DNA from: Alphaproteobacteria bacterium
GTDB lineage: Bacteria; Pseudomonadota; Alphaproteobacteria; Rs-D84
DNA: 32,000 nt
NCBI GenBank assembly: GCA_017475605.1
Contig: JAFVFD010000002.1
Location: 30,001-62,000 of the forward strand
Reading direction: 5' to 3'
Shown: positions 15,696 through 23,487 of the stretch, in pieces
Layout: each line of letters begins with the position of its first letter
Position numbering within the stretch: the first letter of the stretch is position 1
Notes under the pieces: generated by a model
What the model saw: only the letters and a program-made list of their open reading frames with translations
What the model was told of the DNA's origin: nothing
Database searches by the model: none
Made by a program: the position numbers and the translations under genes

Positions 15696-16451
15696 TTATT
15701 GCCGTATTTTTTGATACAGGTTCAATGTATTTTGTTCCAGTATAGATTCCAATTCATCCATTTGCAAATGTTTAATTTCCGCCAAAACTTTTGCCGTTTC
15801 ACGCACCATGAATGGTTCACATGTTTTTCCACGATATGGCACCGGTGCACAATAGGGGGAATCTGTTTCAATAACAATGTGGTCAATTGGTATTTTTTCA
15901 AATGTTTCACGAATATCAGCCGCGTTCTTAAATGTCAAAATGCCCGATGCGGAAAAGTAAAAACCCCGATCCAGCATCACATGTGCCAATTCCCAACCGG
16001 ACGTAAAACAATGCATAACACCGCGTATGTTTTTCAATATGTCCGCCGTATCAGATACGGCATCACGTGTATGTATTGCCACAGGTAAATCGGCGTTGCG
16101 CGCAATTTCCAACTGTTCTTCAAACAGTTTTATTTGCGCTTTTCGGTCGTTGTCGCCCCCATGATAGTCCAAACCAATTTCGCCAATTCCGATAACGCAT
16201 GGGTGCGACAAAACATCTGGTGTTAAAAAATTATGTGGGTCTGTTCCGGCGTATTCAGGGTGTATGCCCGTTGTTACAAAAATATTGTCATGGGTTTCTG
16301 CGATTTTTATTGCGGGCAAAATATCATGCGGTTCGGCGGTTGCGCATATCAATCGGCCAACACCAGCCGCCGCCGCACGCGTGATAACATCATCCAGGTT
16401 TTCACCCGCACAATAATCGTCTGTTAAATGGCAGTGTGTGTCTGTAAGCAT
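15696..16451 (-). CDS. tatD: TatD family metal-dependent hydrolase/DNase
   Basis: 251 aa. N-terminal DTHCHL, IGEIGLDY and ETDSPY motifs. The start overlaps the holB 3' end by 28 nt. Confidence 0.85.
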   Translation of the reverse strand: MLTDTHCHLTDDYCAGENLDDVITRAAAAGVGRLICATAEPHDILPAIKIAETHDNIFVTTGIHPEYAGTDPHNFLTPDVLSHPCVIGIGEIGLDYHGGDNDRKAQIKLFEEQLEIARNADLPVAIHTRDAVSDTADILKNIRGVMHCFTSGWELAHVMLDRGFYFSASGILTFKNAADIRETFEKIPIDHIVIETDSPYCAPVPYRGKTCEPFMVRETAKVLAEIKHLQMDELESILEQNTLNLYQKIRQ

Positions 16452-17347
16452 TTTTTTATATCACTTATAATAGAAAATATGGCGGTTTCAGGTTCCAAAT
16501 TGATGCGGGTAATGTTCGCAATTTGTTGTGTTGCCGTTGGGTACAGTTCCGCCAACCCATACCGCGCAATCACATCCAATAAAATACCATAAAGGGCATT
16601 GTCCGGCGCAATCTTGCGTGCGATTGCCAACAGGTCAGACGCACTTGCGTTCGGATTTTCAAGTGTCGCAATCAGTTCTTCATATATTTCATCGCCACCC
16701 AGGCTTTTCAGGTTCGCAACGCGACCAAAACTGCCGTTTGCCAGTTTTAGTGTCTCGTTACTTATTTCTGCATCGCCCATAAATCGTGCGCACAATTCAC
16801 GCAATTCGGAAATGGTCAGTGGGCGCATCTTTTCCACGCGGGCGCGCGAACGTACGGTGGGTAAAACATTGGCCAACTGGTGTACAATCAATAAAAACAG
16901 TGTTTGCGCCGGTGGTTCTTCCAACAATTTAAGCAGGGCATTTGATGCCGCGGTTGATAATTCGTCCACAGAATCAATCACAATCACGCGCCACCGCCCC
17001 GACATAGACGATAACTGCATTCGTTCAATAACACCACGCACCGTATGTACCGAAATAAGTTTGGCATCGGTTTTTGGTTTGCCTTTGTCGTCAATATTGT
17101 GTGCCATGTCAATTATGAAAAAGTCGCCAACATTACCATAAACAGTTTTTGCTATTTTATATGCCAGTGTTGCTTTGCCGATGCCCCGCGGCCCGGTTAA
17201 CATCCATACCGGGTGAATCGGGTGAACATCGCGCGCATTCCACGCATCCATAAACGCGCGCCAAACATCGCCATGCCCGACCAGTTCATCGTTGTCAATC
17301 GGGTTCGGAAAAGAATAGGGCGATTTTGCCGATTTTCGTGGTGCCAT
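16424..17347 (-). CDS. holB: DNA polymerase III subunit delta prime
   Basis: 307 aa. AAA+ clamp-loader pattern: LTGPRGIGKATLA, VIVIDSVDELSTAASNALLKLLEEPP, TVRSRA. Confidence 0.8.
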   Translation of the reverse strand: MAPRKSAKSPYSFPNPIDNDELVGHGDVWRAFMDAWNARDVHPIHPVWMLTGPRGIGKATLAYKIAKTVYGNVGDFFIIDMAHNIDDKGKPKTDAKLISVHTVRGVIERMQLSSMSGRWRVIVIDSVDELSTAASNALLKLLEEPPAQTLFLLIVHQLANVLPTVRSRARVEKMRPLTISELRELCARFMGDAEISNETLKLANGSFGRVANLKSLGGDEIYEELIATLENPNASASDLLAIARKIAPDNALYGILLDVIARYGLAELYPTATQQIANITRINLEPETAIFSIISDIKKCLQTHTAI

Positions 17348-17348
17348 G

Positions 17349-17930
17349 TTATTTCTCGTATTCTGATTTTAATTTTGACCAACCCATATTGTTCGCATAT
17401 CTGCCATCGGAAAATTTATATGCGCATCTGGATATTCCATCCAAAAAGAACCCCGCCTTGCGTATAGATTTTTCAGAACGCGTGTTTTCTGTTGCGCACT
17501 GAACTGTTATTCGGTTTGCGTGTAATATATCAAATGCTATTTGATCGTATTTACGGTATATTTCGCGGGCAAAACCGTTGCCCCATGCCGAACGCACAAA
17601 CCACATTTCGCCGATTTGTAATGTTTCGTTATCGGGGTGATAATATGCGCGTGTAAAGCCAATAATTTGATTATTATGGAATATATAATATGTTACACCG
17701 ATATTCGCGGTCCATTTTTCGCTACGGCGCATTATCTGTAAAACTTCGTCTGCGTTTGCGGGTAGTATGTCTTTCTCGTCCATGGCAATGGGCGTATATG
17801 GGAAATCGGATTTTTGTTCATTTTTTATCGCATCAAAAAACAGTTTAGCATTAGGTTCCGTTGCGTCCATTTGGCGCAATACCAGACGTTCTGTTTTTAT
17901 TTCGCGGGCAAGATTTTTAATCGGATTCAT
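17349..17930 (-). CDS. GNAT family N-acetyltransferase (RimJ/RimL-like)
   Basis: 193 aa. Pattern ERLVLRQM ... WGNGFAREI ... ATENTRSEKSIRKAGF. It is packed tightly between the dac and holB genes. Confidence 0.7.
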   Translation of the reverse strand: MNPIKNLAREIKTERLVLRQMDATEPNAKLFFDAIKNEQKSDFPYTPIAMDEKDILPANADEVLQIMRRSEKWTANIGVTYYIFHNNQIIGFTRAYYHPDNETLQIGEMWFVRSAWGNGFAREIYRKYDQIAFDILHANRITVQCATENTRSEKSIRKAGFFLDGISRCAYKFSDGRYANNMGWSKLKSEYEK

Positions 17931-19127
17931 TTATTTGCCCTTTATCATTACGGAAATATTGCGCATTATGCGGCCCAGGAAGCGCACCTTTTTAACATTG
18001 TCGGCGGCAACCAGTGGTGCACGCGCAATTATACGACCGTCCAATTCCGCAATAATTTCGCCCAGTGTGTCGCCCGCCGCAATTGGTGCCGGCGCGGGAT
18101 CATTAAATCGTGCCAACACGCGCACAGAAGATACGGGTGTCGGTTTTGTCAACGTGATTGCGAACGGTTGCGCGACCGTTGCGTTGACCTTATCGGCGCG
18201 ACCGTACCATACCGGTATTTCAACGACTGTATCACCAGGCTGATAATAAACCTTGTGTGTGGTGGTGGTAAAACCATAGTTTAATAATTTCTTCATTTCC
18301 GCCGCCAACGCATCGTGTCCACGACCGTTGAATCCGTTTATAATGCCAATTAAACGACGGCCCCCCACGCGCGCAGATGCGACCATTCCATAACCACCGC
18401 TGTCGGTGTGGCCGGTTTTAAGACCATCCGCCCCCGGCATAGTGAACAATAATTTGTTGTAATTTACGGTATGTGTACGCCCCCAGTCGCGACACCAATC
18501 TGACTTATAATCATTAAATTCAAAACGTTTTGTCGCGAACAACGGGTAAATATCCGGATAATCACGAATAATGTGTGTCGCCAATATTGCTAATTCGCGA
18601 CTTGTCATCAAATTATTCGGATCCGGCAGGCCACTTGCGTTGCCAAACGTTGATTGTTCCATGCCGATTGCACGCGCCTTGGCGGTCATTTGTGCGGTAA
18701 ATGCGTTTTCAGACCCAGCCAGTTTTTCCGCCACAACAACCGATGCATCACCGCCCGACAGGACAATAAGTCCCAAAATCGCATCACGAACGGTTATTTC
18801 CTGGCCGGAAACAAGGCAAATCTTACTTGCCGGGTACCACAGTGGGTTTTTGTAATCTGCGTTGTCTGATACGGGCAGTTTGCTGTCCATGTTAAGACGG
18901 CCGGCCTTGATTTCATCAAAAAGTACCGCCAGGGTCATCAATTTAATCATTGATGATGGCGGCATTAAAACATCCGCGTTTTTGGCATATATTTCAGTAC
19001 CTGAATCGTAGTCTAATAAAAATGCGGAACGTGCCTTGGTCGTAAAATCTGTTTCCGCCTGTTTTGCGGCATTTGCGGTTACGGAAATCAATAACAATAA
19101 AGTGGTAATAAATATCTTTGTCTTCAT
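17931..19127 (-). CDS. dacC: Serine-type D-alanyl-D-alanine carboxypeptidase (PBP5/6 class)
   Basis: Signal peptide MKTKIFITTLLLLISVTANA. Motifs SxxK (SMIK), SGGD and KTG (LKTGHT). I moved the start from 19163 to the ATG at 19127. Confidence 0.85.
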   Translation of the reverse strand: MKTKIFITTLLLLISVTANAAKQAETDFTTKARSAFLLDYDSGTEIYAKNADVLMPPSSMIKLMTLAVLFDEIKAGRLNMDSKLPVSDNADYKNPLWYPASKICLVSGQEITVRDAILGLIVLSGGDASVVVAEKLAGSENAFTAQMTAKARAIGMEQSTFGNASGLPDPNNLMTSRELAILATHIIRDYPDIYPLFATKRFEFNDYKSDWCRDWGRTHTVNYNKLLFTMPGADGLKTGHTDSGGYGMVASARVGGRRLIGIINGFNGRGHDALAAEMKKLLNYGFTTTTHKVYYQPGDTVVEIPVWYGRADKVNATVAQPFAITLTKPTPVSSVRVLARFNDPAPAPIAAGDTLGEIIAELDGRIIARAPLVAADNVKKVRFLGRIMRNISVMIKGK

Positions 19128-19180
19128 GCCCAAATCATAGCAATATTGATGGCAAAATGGCAACGATTTTTTACAATTTT

Positions 19181-20422
19181 TTATTTCATTGTAACAACGA
19201 AATTTTCCCCATCTATACCAATAATTTTACAATCACAAATCGTGCGATTTGGTATCGATTCCCCCATAATTCGAACGGAAATATCGTGCGCAGTGCGCCC
19301 AAGGTTGTCATTTTCGACCAAAACAGTTACAAATTGTCCCAAATGTGCGTTCATAAAGTCTTTACGATTACAGGTTGCCGCGTTTGTAATGGCTTTTACA
19401 CGTTGTTTTGATGTGTTTTTAGGCACCTGGTTCGGCATGGTGGCGGCCGGTGTCCCCGGACGTGGCGAATATGGAAATGCGTGAATCTTAATTGGTTTTG
19501 TATCGGCGACCAGATTAAGTGTTTCGGCGAATAATTCGTCTGTTTCACCGGGAAAGCCACAAATAATATCCCAACTGAATGTGATGCCATCGGCATATGC
19601 CACAATGTCGCGCACCATTTGCGCTGTGTGCCGACGACGCATTGTGCGCAATATTTCGTCCGACCCTGACTGCATAGAAAGGTGCATGTGTGGCATCATG
19701 CGTTCGTTTTCGTGTATAAGGTCTATTATTTTATAAATTTCGGGCGATGCCGGGTCCGTTGATGAAAGGCGCAGTCGCCGTATTTCCGGGACATCAGCCA
19801 ACAATTTACGGCACAAGTCGGATATAAGGAACGGCTTGCCATCGTAAATTCGGTGATAAGATGCGCTGTCCACTCCGGTAAGGACGATTTCCGCATATCC
19901 GTTTTGAACGGCAAGGCGAACATCTGCCAGAATATCGGCGTATTCCAGTGATATTGACGGCCCACGCAAAAGGCGCGTTATACAATACGTGCATTCGTGA
20001 TTACAGCCGTTTTGAATCTGGATAAACTGCTTGGACATTGGTGTGTCGGGGTTTGAAACATGTATTTCGTCCGGCTGGGTGGCAAAATCAAAGTCCGCCG
20101 CCGCGCGCACATAGGCATCTTGATTTAATTTTTCAGAATTATGAACAACGCGGGCATTTGGTATTTTGTCATAGGCGCGTGTGTCATGTGTGGCGGCACA
20201 ACCAGTTATGAAAATAGGGGTTGTGGGGTTTTCGCGTGCGACGCGTCGTACATATTGCGCAGATTGACGTTCGGCTTCGCCGGTTACCGCACAGGTGTTA
20301 ACGACAATCGCCCGCGGCAGTGCCCCACGCAGCATTTCCGCAATCTTTTCAGATTCCACCGCATTAAGCCGGCAACCGAAAGTAACTGTCCTTATATAAT
20401 TTTTATTATTTTCTGCTTGCAT
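19181..20422 (-). CDS. mtaB: MiaB-like radical-SAM tRNA methylthiotransferase (MtaB-type)
   Basis: 413 aa. N-terminal UPF0004 cysteines (TFGCRLN, NTCAVT, GCAA) and the radical-SAM motif CNHECTYC. The C-terminus is TRAM-like. Confidence 0.8.
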   Translation of the reverse strand: MQAENNKNYIRTVTFGCRLNAVESEKIAEMLRGALPRAIVVNTCAVTGEAERQSAQYVRRVARENPTTPIFITGCAATHDTRAYDKIPNARVVHNSEKLNQDAYVRAAADFDFATQPDEIHVSNPDTPMSKQFIQIQNGCNHECTYCITRLLRGPSISLEYADILADVRLAVQNGYAEIVLTGVDSASYHRIYDGKPFLISDLCRKLLADVPEIRRLRLSSTDPASPEIYKIIDLIHENERMMPHMHLSMQSGSDEILRTMRRRHTAQMVRDIVAYADGITFSWDIICGFPGETDELFAETLNLVADTKPIKIHAFPYSPRPGTPAATMPNQVPKNTSKQRVKAITNAATCNRKDFMNAHLGQFVTVLVENDNLGRTAHDISVRIMGESIPNRTICDCKIIGIDGENFVVTMK

Positions 20423-20481
20423 TTTTACTGTCCTTGGGGCATTATAACCTGACTTAAAATGATTTCAACAAAGGATTTAAA

Positions 20482-20865
20482 ATGGCCCGTACAACAAATT
20501 CAGATACTTTGCCATATGTAGAAAGCCGCTATGAACTGGGAATGCTGGCATCTCAACGTGTTCGCGACCTTAACGGTGGGGCAGAGGCGGTTGTTGATAA
20601 AAACGATGATAAATTGACGGTTGTTGCGTTGCGCGAAATCGCCAGTGGTAAATTAGACGTTCAAAATGTTCGCCATGAATTTATCCAGTCTTACAAGGAA
20701 GCACCGATTTCCGAAACAGCCGAAGAAACCCTGGAAGTTGGCAGTGAAGATCCAATGTTGCGTGAAATTGATGCGGAATTGGAAAACACATTGGTTGATA
20801 CGACCACGGATGCCGGCGAAGATGTTGCCGACGATGTCGCGGTTGATTCACCAGATGCCGAATAA
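20482..20865 (+). CDS. rpoZ: DNA-directed RNA polymerase subunit omega with an acidic C-terminal tail
   Basis: 127 aa with RBS aaagga. Core is SRYELGMLASQRVRDL ... LTVVALREIASGKL. Confidence 0.85.
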   Translation: MARTTNSDTLPYVESRYELGMLASQRVRDLNGGAEAVVDKNDDKLTVVALREIASGKLDVQNVRHEFIQSYKEAPISETAEETLEVGSEDPMLREIDAELENTLVDTTTDAGEDVADDVAVDSPDAE

Positions 20866-20883
20866 TTCAGCATATTGATATCC

Positions 20884-20974
20884 GGAGACGTCGCATAGTT
20901 GGTCTAGTGCGCCACATTGGAAATGTGGTATACTCGCAAGGGTATCAAGGGTTCGAATCCCTTCGTCTCCGCCA
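20884..20974 (+). tRNA. tRNA-Ser (anticodon GGA), long variable arm, CCA encoded
   Basis: Folded by hand: GGAGACG-TC-GCAT-AGTTGGTCTA-GTGC-G-CCACA-TTGGAAA-TGTGG-TATACTCGCAAGGGTATC-AAGGG-TTCGAAT-CCCTT-CGTCTCC-G-CCA. Length is 91 nt. Confidence 0.9.
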
Positions 20975-20982
20975 GAAAATTA

Positions 20983-21007
20983 CCCCGCATTTGCGGGGTT
21001 AATTTTT
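20983..21007 (+). terminator. Terminator immediately after tRNA-Ser
   Basis: Hairpin ccccgc-attt-gcgggg at 20983-20998, followed by ttaattttt. Confidence 0.7.
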
Positions 21008-21132
21008 GGCGGATATGTGAGGCAGATTTGAACCATTAGCAACGAATGTTGCTGGGTTCGAAAACAAGTAGATTTTGCAAGCGCAGCGTGGCGAAATCGT
21101 TACGGTTTGCCCGCAGGCACATTGTGCCGAGG

Positions 21133-21192
21133 GAATCCCTTCGTCTCCGCCAGAAAATTAAAATCTTAAAACGCCCCGTTCGGGGTGTTTTT
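21133..21192 (+). repeat. tRNA-Ser 3'-end fragment copy 2 plus its own terminator
   Basis: gaatcccttcgtctccgccagaaaatta (21133-21160) is identical to 20955-20982. It is followed by aaatcttaaaacgccccgttcggggtgttttt (hairpin plus T-run). Confidence 0.85.
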
Positions 21193-21321
21193 GATTTTAA
21201 CTGGCGTGGACGAAGGGATGGGTCAGAGCGAAGCGCATGACCAATACGCAGATGAACAATTACAAAACCTGCAAAAACGGATATTTTTAATAGAGTTTTT
21301 GCGTTTAGGTTTTGTTTTTGT

Positions 21322-21390
21322 TTATCAAGGGGGGGGTATCGTCTCCGCCAGAAAATTAAAATCTTAAAACACCCGTTCGGGGTGTTTTTT
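21322..21390 (+). repeat. tRNA-Ser 3'-end fragment copy 3 (degenerate T-arm replaced by a G8 run) plus terminator
   Basis: ttatcaagg-gggggg-tatcgtctccgccagaaaattaaaatcttaaaacacccgttcggggtgtttttt. Positions 21339-21370 are identical to 21141-21172. The G8 tract is at 21329-21336. Confidence 0.8.
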
Positions 21391-21412
21391 ATTTAGGAGG
21401 GGGAGGAATTGA

Positions 21413-21441
21413 TTGATTTTTTTATGGTTTTGTGATATAAT
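21413..21441 (+). promoter_or_regulatory. Near-consensus sigma70 promoter with extended -10, upstream of the toxin gene
   Basis: TTGATT (21413-21418), a 17-nt spacer, TG at 21433-21434, and TATAAT (21436-21441). Confidence 0.5.
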
Positions 21442-21456
21442 ATGTGCAACTAAACG

Positions 21457-21479
21457 GACGGCATTTGCCGTCTTTTTTT
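21457..21479 (+). terminator. Terminator-like hairpin inside the toxin-gene leader
   Basis: gacggc-attt-gccgtc (21457-21472) followed by 7 T. A second, weaker hairpin ccgc-tacgt-gcgg (21487-21499) is followed by 6 T. Confidence 0.5.
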
Positions 21480-21526
21480 ATTTCCACCGCTACGTGCGGG
21501 TTTTTTATTTAACAAAAGGAGTTATA

Positions 21527-22678
21527 ATGCAAACACCAAAATTTTTACGCAATTTATTACAATCTAATAACTATTGGAATAAAAATAGTACTGAATTCGC
21601 AAAAGCAAATGAATATCTGGAAAAGTTATATCCAGTGCAACTGTCCGCTGATTTATCAGGAAGATTTGTTGAACCGCCATACGATATGACCCTGGAACAA
21701 TTTGAAAGCGCACAACGGCAATTCGACAAAGATTTGGAAGATGCGATTCATGAAGCAGAAGATTCAGTAGATGATGCAAATGGAACAGCAGAGCCAATTG
21801 ACTATGACCAATATGTAGATATTGAAGAAACGATAGATGTTCGTGTTTTGATGCCAGGTGGAAATATAGAATATATGCAACTTGTCGTATATATGTTGAA
21901 TTTGCCTGATGATGACACTGATGTGGAACTGGAACCAGATAAAACACAAAGGATTTGGATATGGCACAGCGAAGAAGACGAAAATGTTTGCGATGATTGT
22001 GTATCACACGATGACGAAGTATTCGAAGACAAAGACGATATTCCAGAAATTCCCGTGCATCCTAACTGTCGTTGTTGGGTTGAAGAAGTAAAGTTAGATG
22101 ACAACGGTAAACCTATTTCAAGTAAAGCATACAAAGGGCAAAAGCCAGAAATACCGAAAAATGACAAAGAACCTCAGTCAGAAAAAACGCCAACTTTTGA
22201 TAAACCTGTTGATATAAAAGAAGGTCAATATGCCACATTTGACGGGAAAAATCTGACTATATTTCAAGACGGCAAAGTTGTTGCTTCGTGGAATGCGGTA
22301 TCAGGTCGTCCAGAGTATCAAAGTCCAGAATATCAAAATCTAAAATCCACAGGTCCAATTCCAGAAGGTGCATATGTAGCAAGACAAGAAAAATTACAAC
22401 ATATGTCACCAGCAGATTGGGCAATTGGATGGTCCAGAGTTCTGGGAAATAAATTTGGTGGGAAATGGCCGGGTTCATCTGTTTCTTGGGGAAATTCTCG
22501 CGTATGGCTGGAACCTTCAAAAGAAACAAACACTTTTGGACGTGACAAATTCAGTATTCACGGAGGCTTGTTTCCTGGTTCTGCAGGTTGTATAGATTTG
22601 ACGGACCAAATAAACTCTTTTACATCTTGGTTGGAAAGTACTGGAAAAGATTTACTGATATATGTAAAATATAAATAA
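21527..22678 (+). CDS. Polymorphic-toxin-like protein: MuF/SPP1-gp7 C-terminal signature fused to a Tlde1/DUF2778-like L,D-transpeptidase-fold peptidoglycan toxin domain
   Basis: Start set at ATG 21527 (RBS aaaggag), not 21413. The MuF motif is IWIWHSEEDENVCDDCVSHDDEVF...PVHPNCRCW (nt 21953-22078). The C-terminal domain (nt 22223-22675) reads WNAVSGRPEYQSPEYQNLKSTGPIPEGAY ... LEPSKETNTFGRDKFSIHGGLFPGSAGCIDL. Confidence 0.7.
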   Translation: MQTPKFLRNLLQSNNYWNKNSTEFAKANEYLEKLYPVQLSADLSGRFVEPPYDMTLEQFESAQRQFDKDLEDAIHEAEDSVDDANGTAEPIDYDQYVDIEETIDVRVLMPGGNIEYMQLVVYMLNLPDDDTDVELEPDKTQRIWIWHSEEDENVCDDCVSHDDEVFEDKDDIPEIPVHPNCRCWVEEVKLDDNGKPISSKAYKGQKPEIPKNDKEPQSEKTPTFDKPVDIKEGQYATFDGKNLTIFQDGKVVASWNAVSGRPEYQSPEYQNLKSTGPIPEGAYVARQEKLQHMSPADWAIGWSRVLGNKFGGKWPGSSVSWGNSRVWLEPSKETNTFGRDKFSIHGGLFPGSAGCIDLTDQINSFTSWLESTGKDLLIYVKYK

Positions 22679-22693
22679 GTCAAAGGACATTTT

Positions 22694-23041
22694 ATGAAAT
22701 ATTGGAAACGCGCAGCAATAATTTTTGTTGGAATTGATTTTTTTCTACTTTTTGCGTTGATTGATGAATATTATGAATTTTTTATCAAGGATTGTCGTGA
22801 TGCGTTTCCATTCCATTATTGTCCATGGGGTGGCGAAAGTATGGGTTGGGGATGGAGAAATGCCGATGTATATTTGAATGGCATAGCATCATCTGGTGCT
22901 GTTTTATTATTGTTTATTCCATTGGCAATATATCATTTGTACAATCAAAATTATAAATATGCATTTTGGACTGCTTTAGCCCCAATCATAATATCTTGGA
23001 GTAGTGAATTTTTAGAACGTATTTTATATTATTGTGCTTAA
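22694..23041 (+). CDS. Small 3-TM membrane protein, candidate cognate immunity protein
   Basis: 115 aa. Starts 15 nt after the toxin stop, with RBS aaagga. TM segments are AAIIFVGIDFFLLFALI, SGAVLLLFIPLAIYHL and FWTALAPIIISW. Confidence 0.6.
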   Translation: MKYWKRAAIIFVGIDFFLLFALIDEYYEFFIKDCRDAFPFHYCPWGGESMGWGWRNADVYLNGIASSGAVLLLFIPLAIYHLYNQNYKYAFWTALAPIIISWSSEFLERILYYCA

Positions 23042-23050
23042 CTTGTTGAC

Positions 23051-23093
23051 ATTTGAAAATAATGGACATGATTTAATTGTTAATGTAAAATAC
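23051..23093 (+). repeat. Cassette-flanking repeat, copy A
   Basis: atttgaaaataatggacatgatttaattgttaatgtaaa matches 23398-23436 at 33 of 39 positions. All 6 differences are transitions. Confidence 0.75.
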
Positions 23094-23095
23094 AA

Positions 23096-23398
23096 ATGAT
23101 GAGTTTTATAGGCAGTTTTTTATCTATGACCCTTGCATTATTCTTTCTGAATGATTTGTCGGGGCTTTTAAGTAACGGTAAATGGGACGGCTTACTGCAT
23201 TTTATATGCGAACATGATTGCCTTATGCTTGTTGATAAAATAGCCCTAGTATTATTTAGTACGATGTTTGTATTTTTTTCTATACAGGCAATAAAACTAT
23301 ACAAATGGAAATTTTTATTTGTCCCTTTATTATCTTGCCTTGCATGGTTATTGTTGATGATGTTACATTTATTGACAGTATATTTGTTTTTTGTATGA
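23096..23398 (+). CDS. Small multi-TM membrane protein (holin-like or orphan immunity candidate)
   Basis: 100 aa and very hydrophobic (FIGSFLSMTLALFFL, IALVLFSTMFVFFSI, FLFVPLLSCLAWLLLMMLHLLTVYLFFV). There is no clear RBS. Confidence 0.45.
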   Translation: MMSFIGSFLSMTLALFFLNDLSGLLSNGKWDGLLHFICEHDCLMLVDKIALVLFSTMFVFFSIQAIKLYKWKFLFVPLLSCLAWLLLMMLHLLTVYLFFV

Positions 23399-23443
23399 TT
23401 TGAAAACAATGAACATGATCTAATTATCAATATAAAGAAATAC
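23398..23443 (+). repeat. Cassette-flanking repeat, copy B
   Basis: atttgaaaacaatgaacatgatctaattatcaatataaagaaatac. See copy A. Confidence 0.75.
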
Positions 23444-23448
23444 TTTGT

Positions 23449-23475
23449 CCTGCATCATTTGGTGCAGGTTTTTTT
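23449..23475 (+). terminator. Rho-independent terminator between the membrane-protein cassettes and the lysozyme gene
   Basis: cctgca-tcatttgg-tgcagg (23449-23468) followed by 7 T (23469-23475). Confidence 0.7.
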
Positions 23476-23487
23476 ATAAAAAAAGAG

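Noticed and set aside
16599-18284. Plus-strand ORFs 16599-17141, 17767-18243 and 17814-18284
   Set aside because: They are antisense to holB, the GNAT gene and dacC, all of which carry clear family motifs. Their translations are low-complexity.
21046-21367. ORFs 21046-21240 and 21185-21367 between the tRNA-Ser end copies
   Set aside because: They span tRNA fragments and terminators, and they have no RBS or recognisable motif. I treat them as non-coding filler of the att-scar region.
21413-21526. N-terminal 38 codons of the 421-aa ORF as listed in the ORF track (MIFLWFCDIICATKRTAFAVFFYFHRYVRVFYLTKGVI)
   Set aside because: This stretch contains the near-consensus promoter and two terminator-like hairpins, and it has an implausible composition. 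A good RBS (aaaggag) precedes the internal ATG at 21527.
23080-23430. 116-aa minus-strand ORF overlapping the 100-aa membrane-protein ORF
   Set aside because: It is an Asn/Lys/Ile-rich translation typical of AT-rich non-coding frames. The plus-strand frame encodes coherent TM helices and fits the operon direction, although neither frame has a strong RBS.
20955-23443. CRISPR array or integron attC interpretation of the short repeats
   Set aside because: There are only 2-3 copies, the spacing is irregular, and one repeat family is clearly tRNA-derived. The 39-nt cassette repeat lacks convincing internal dyad symmetry (only 5 terminal bp pair), and no cas or intI gene is present.
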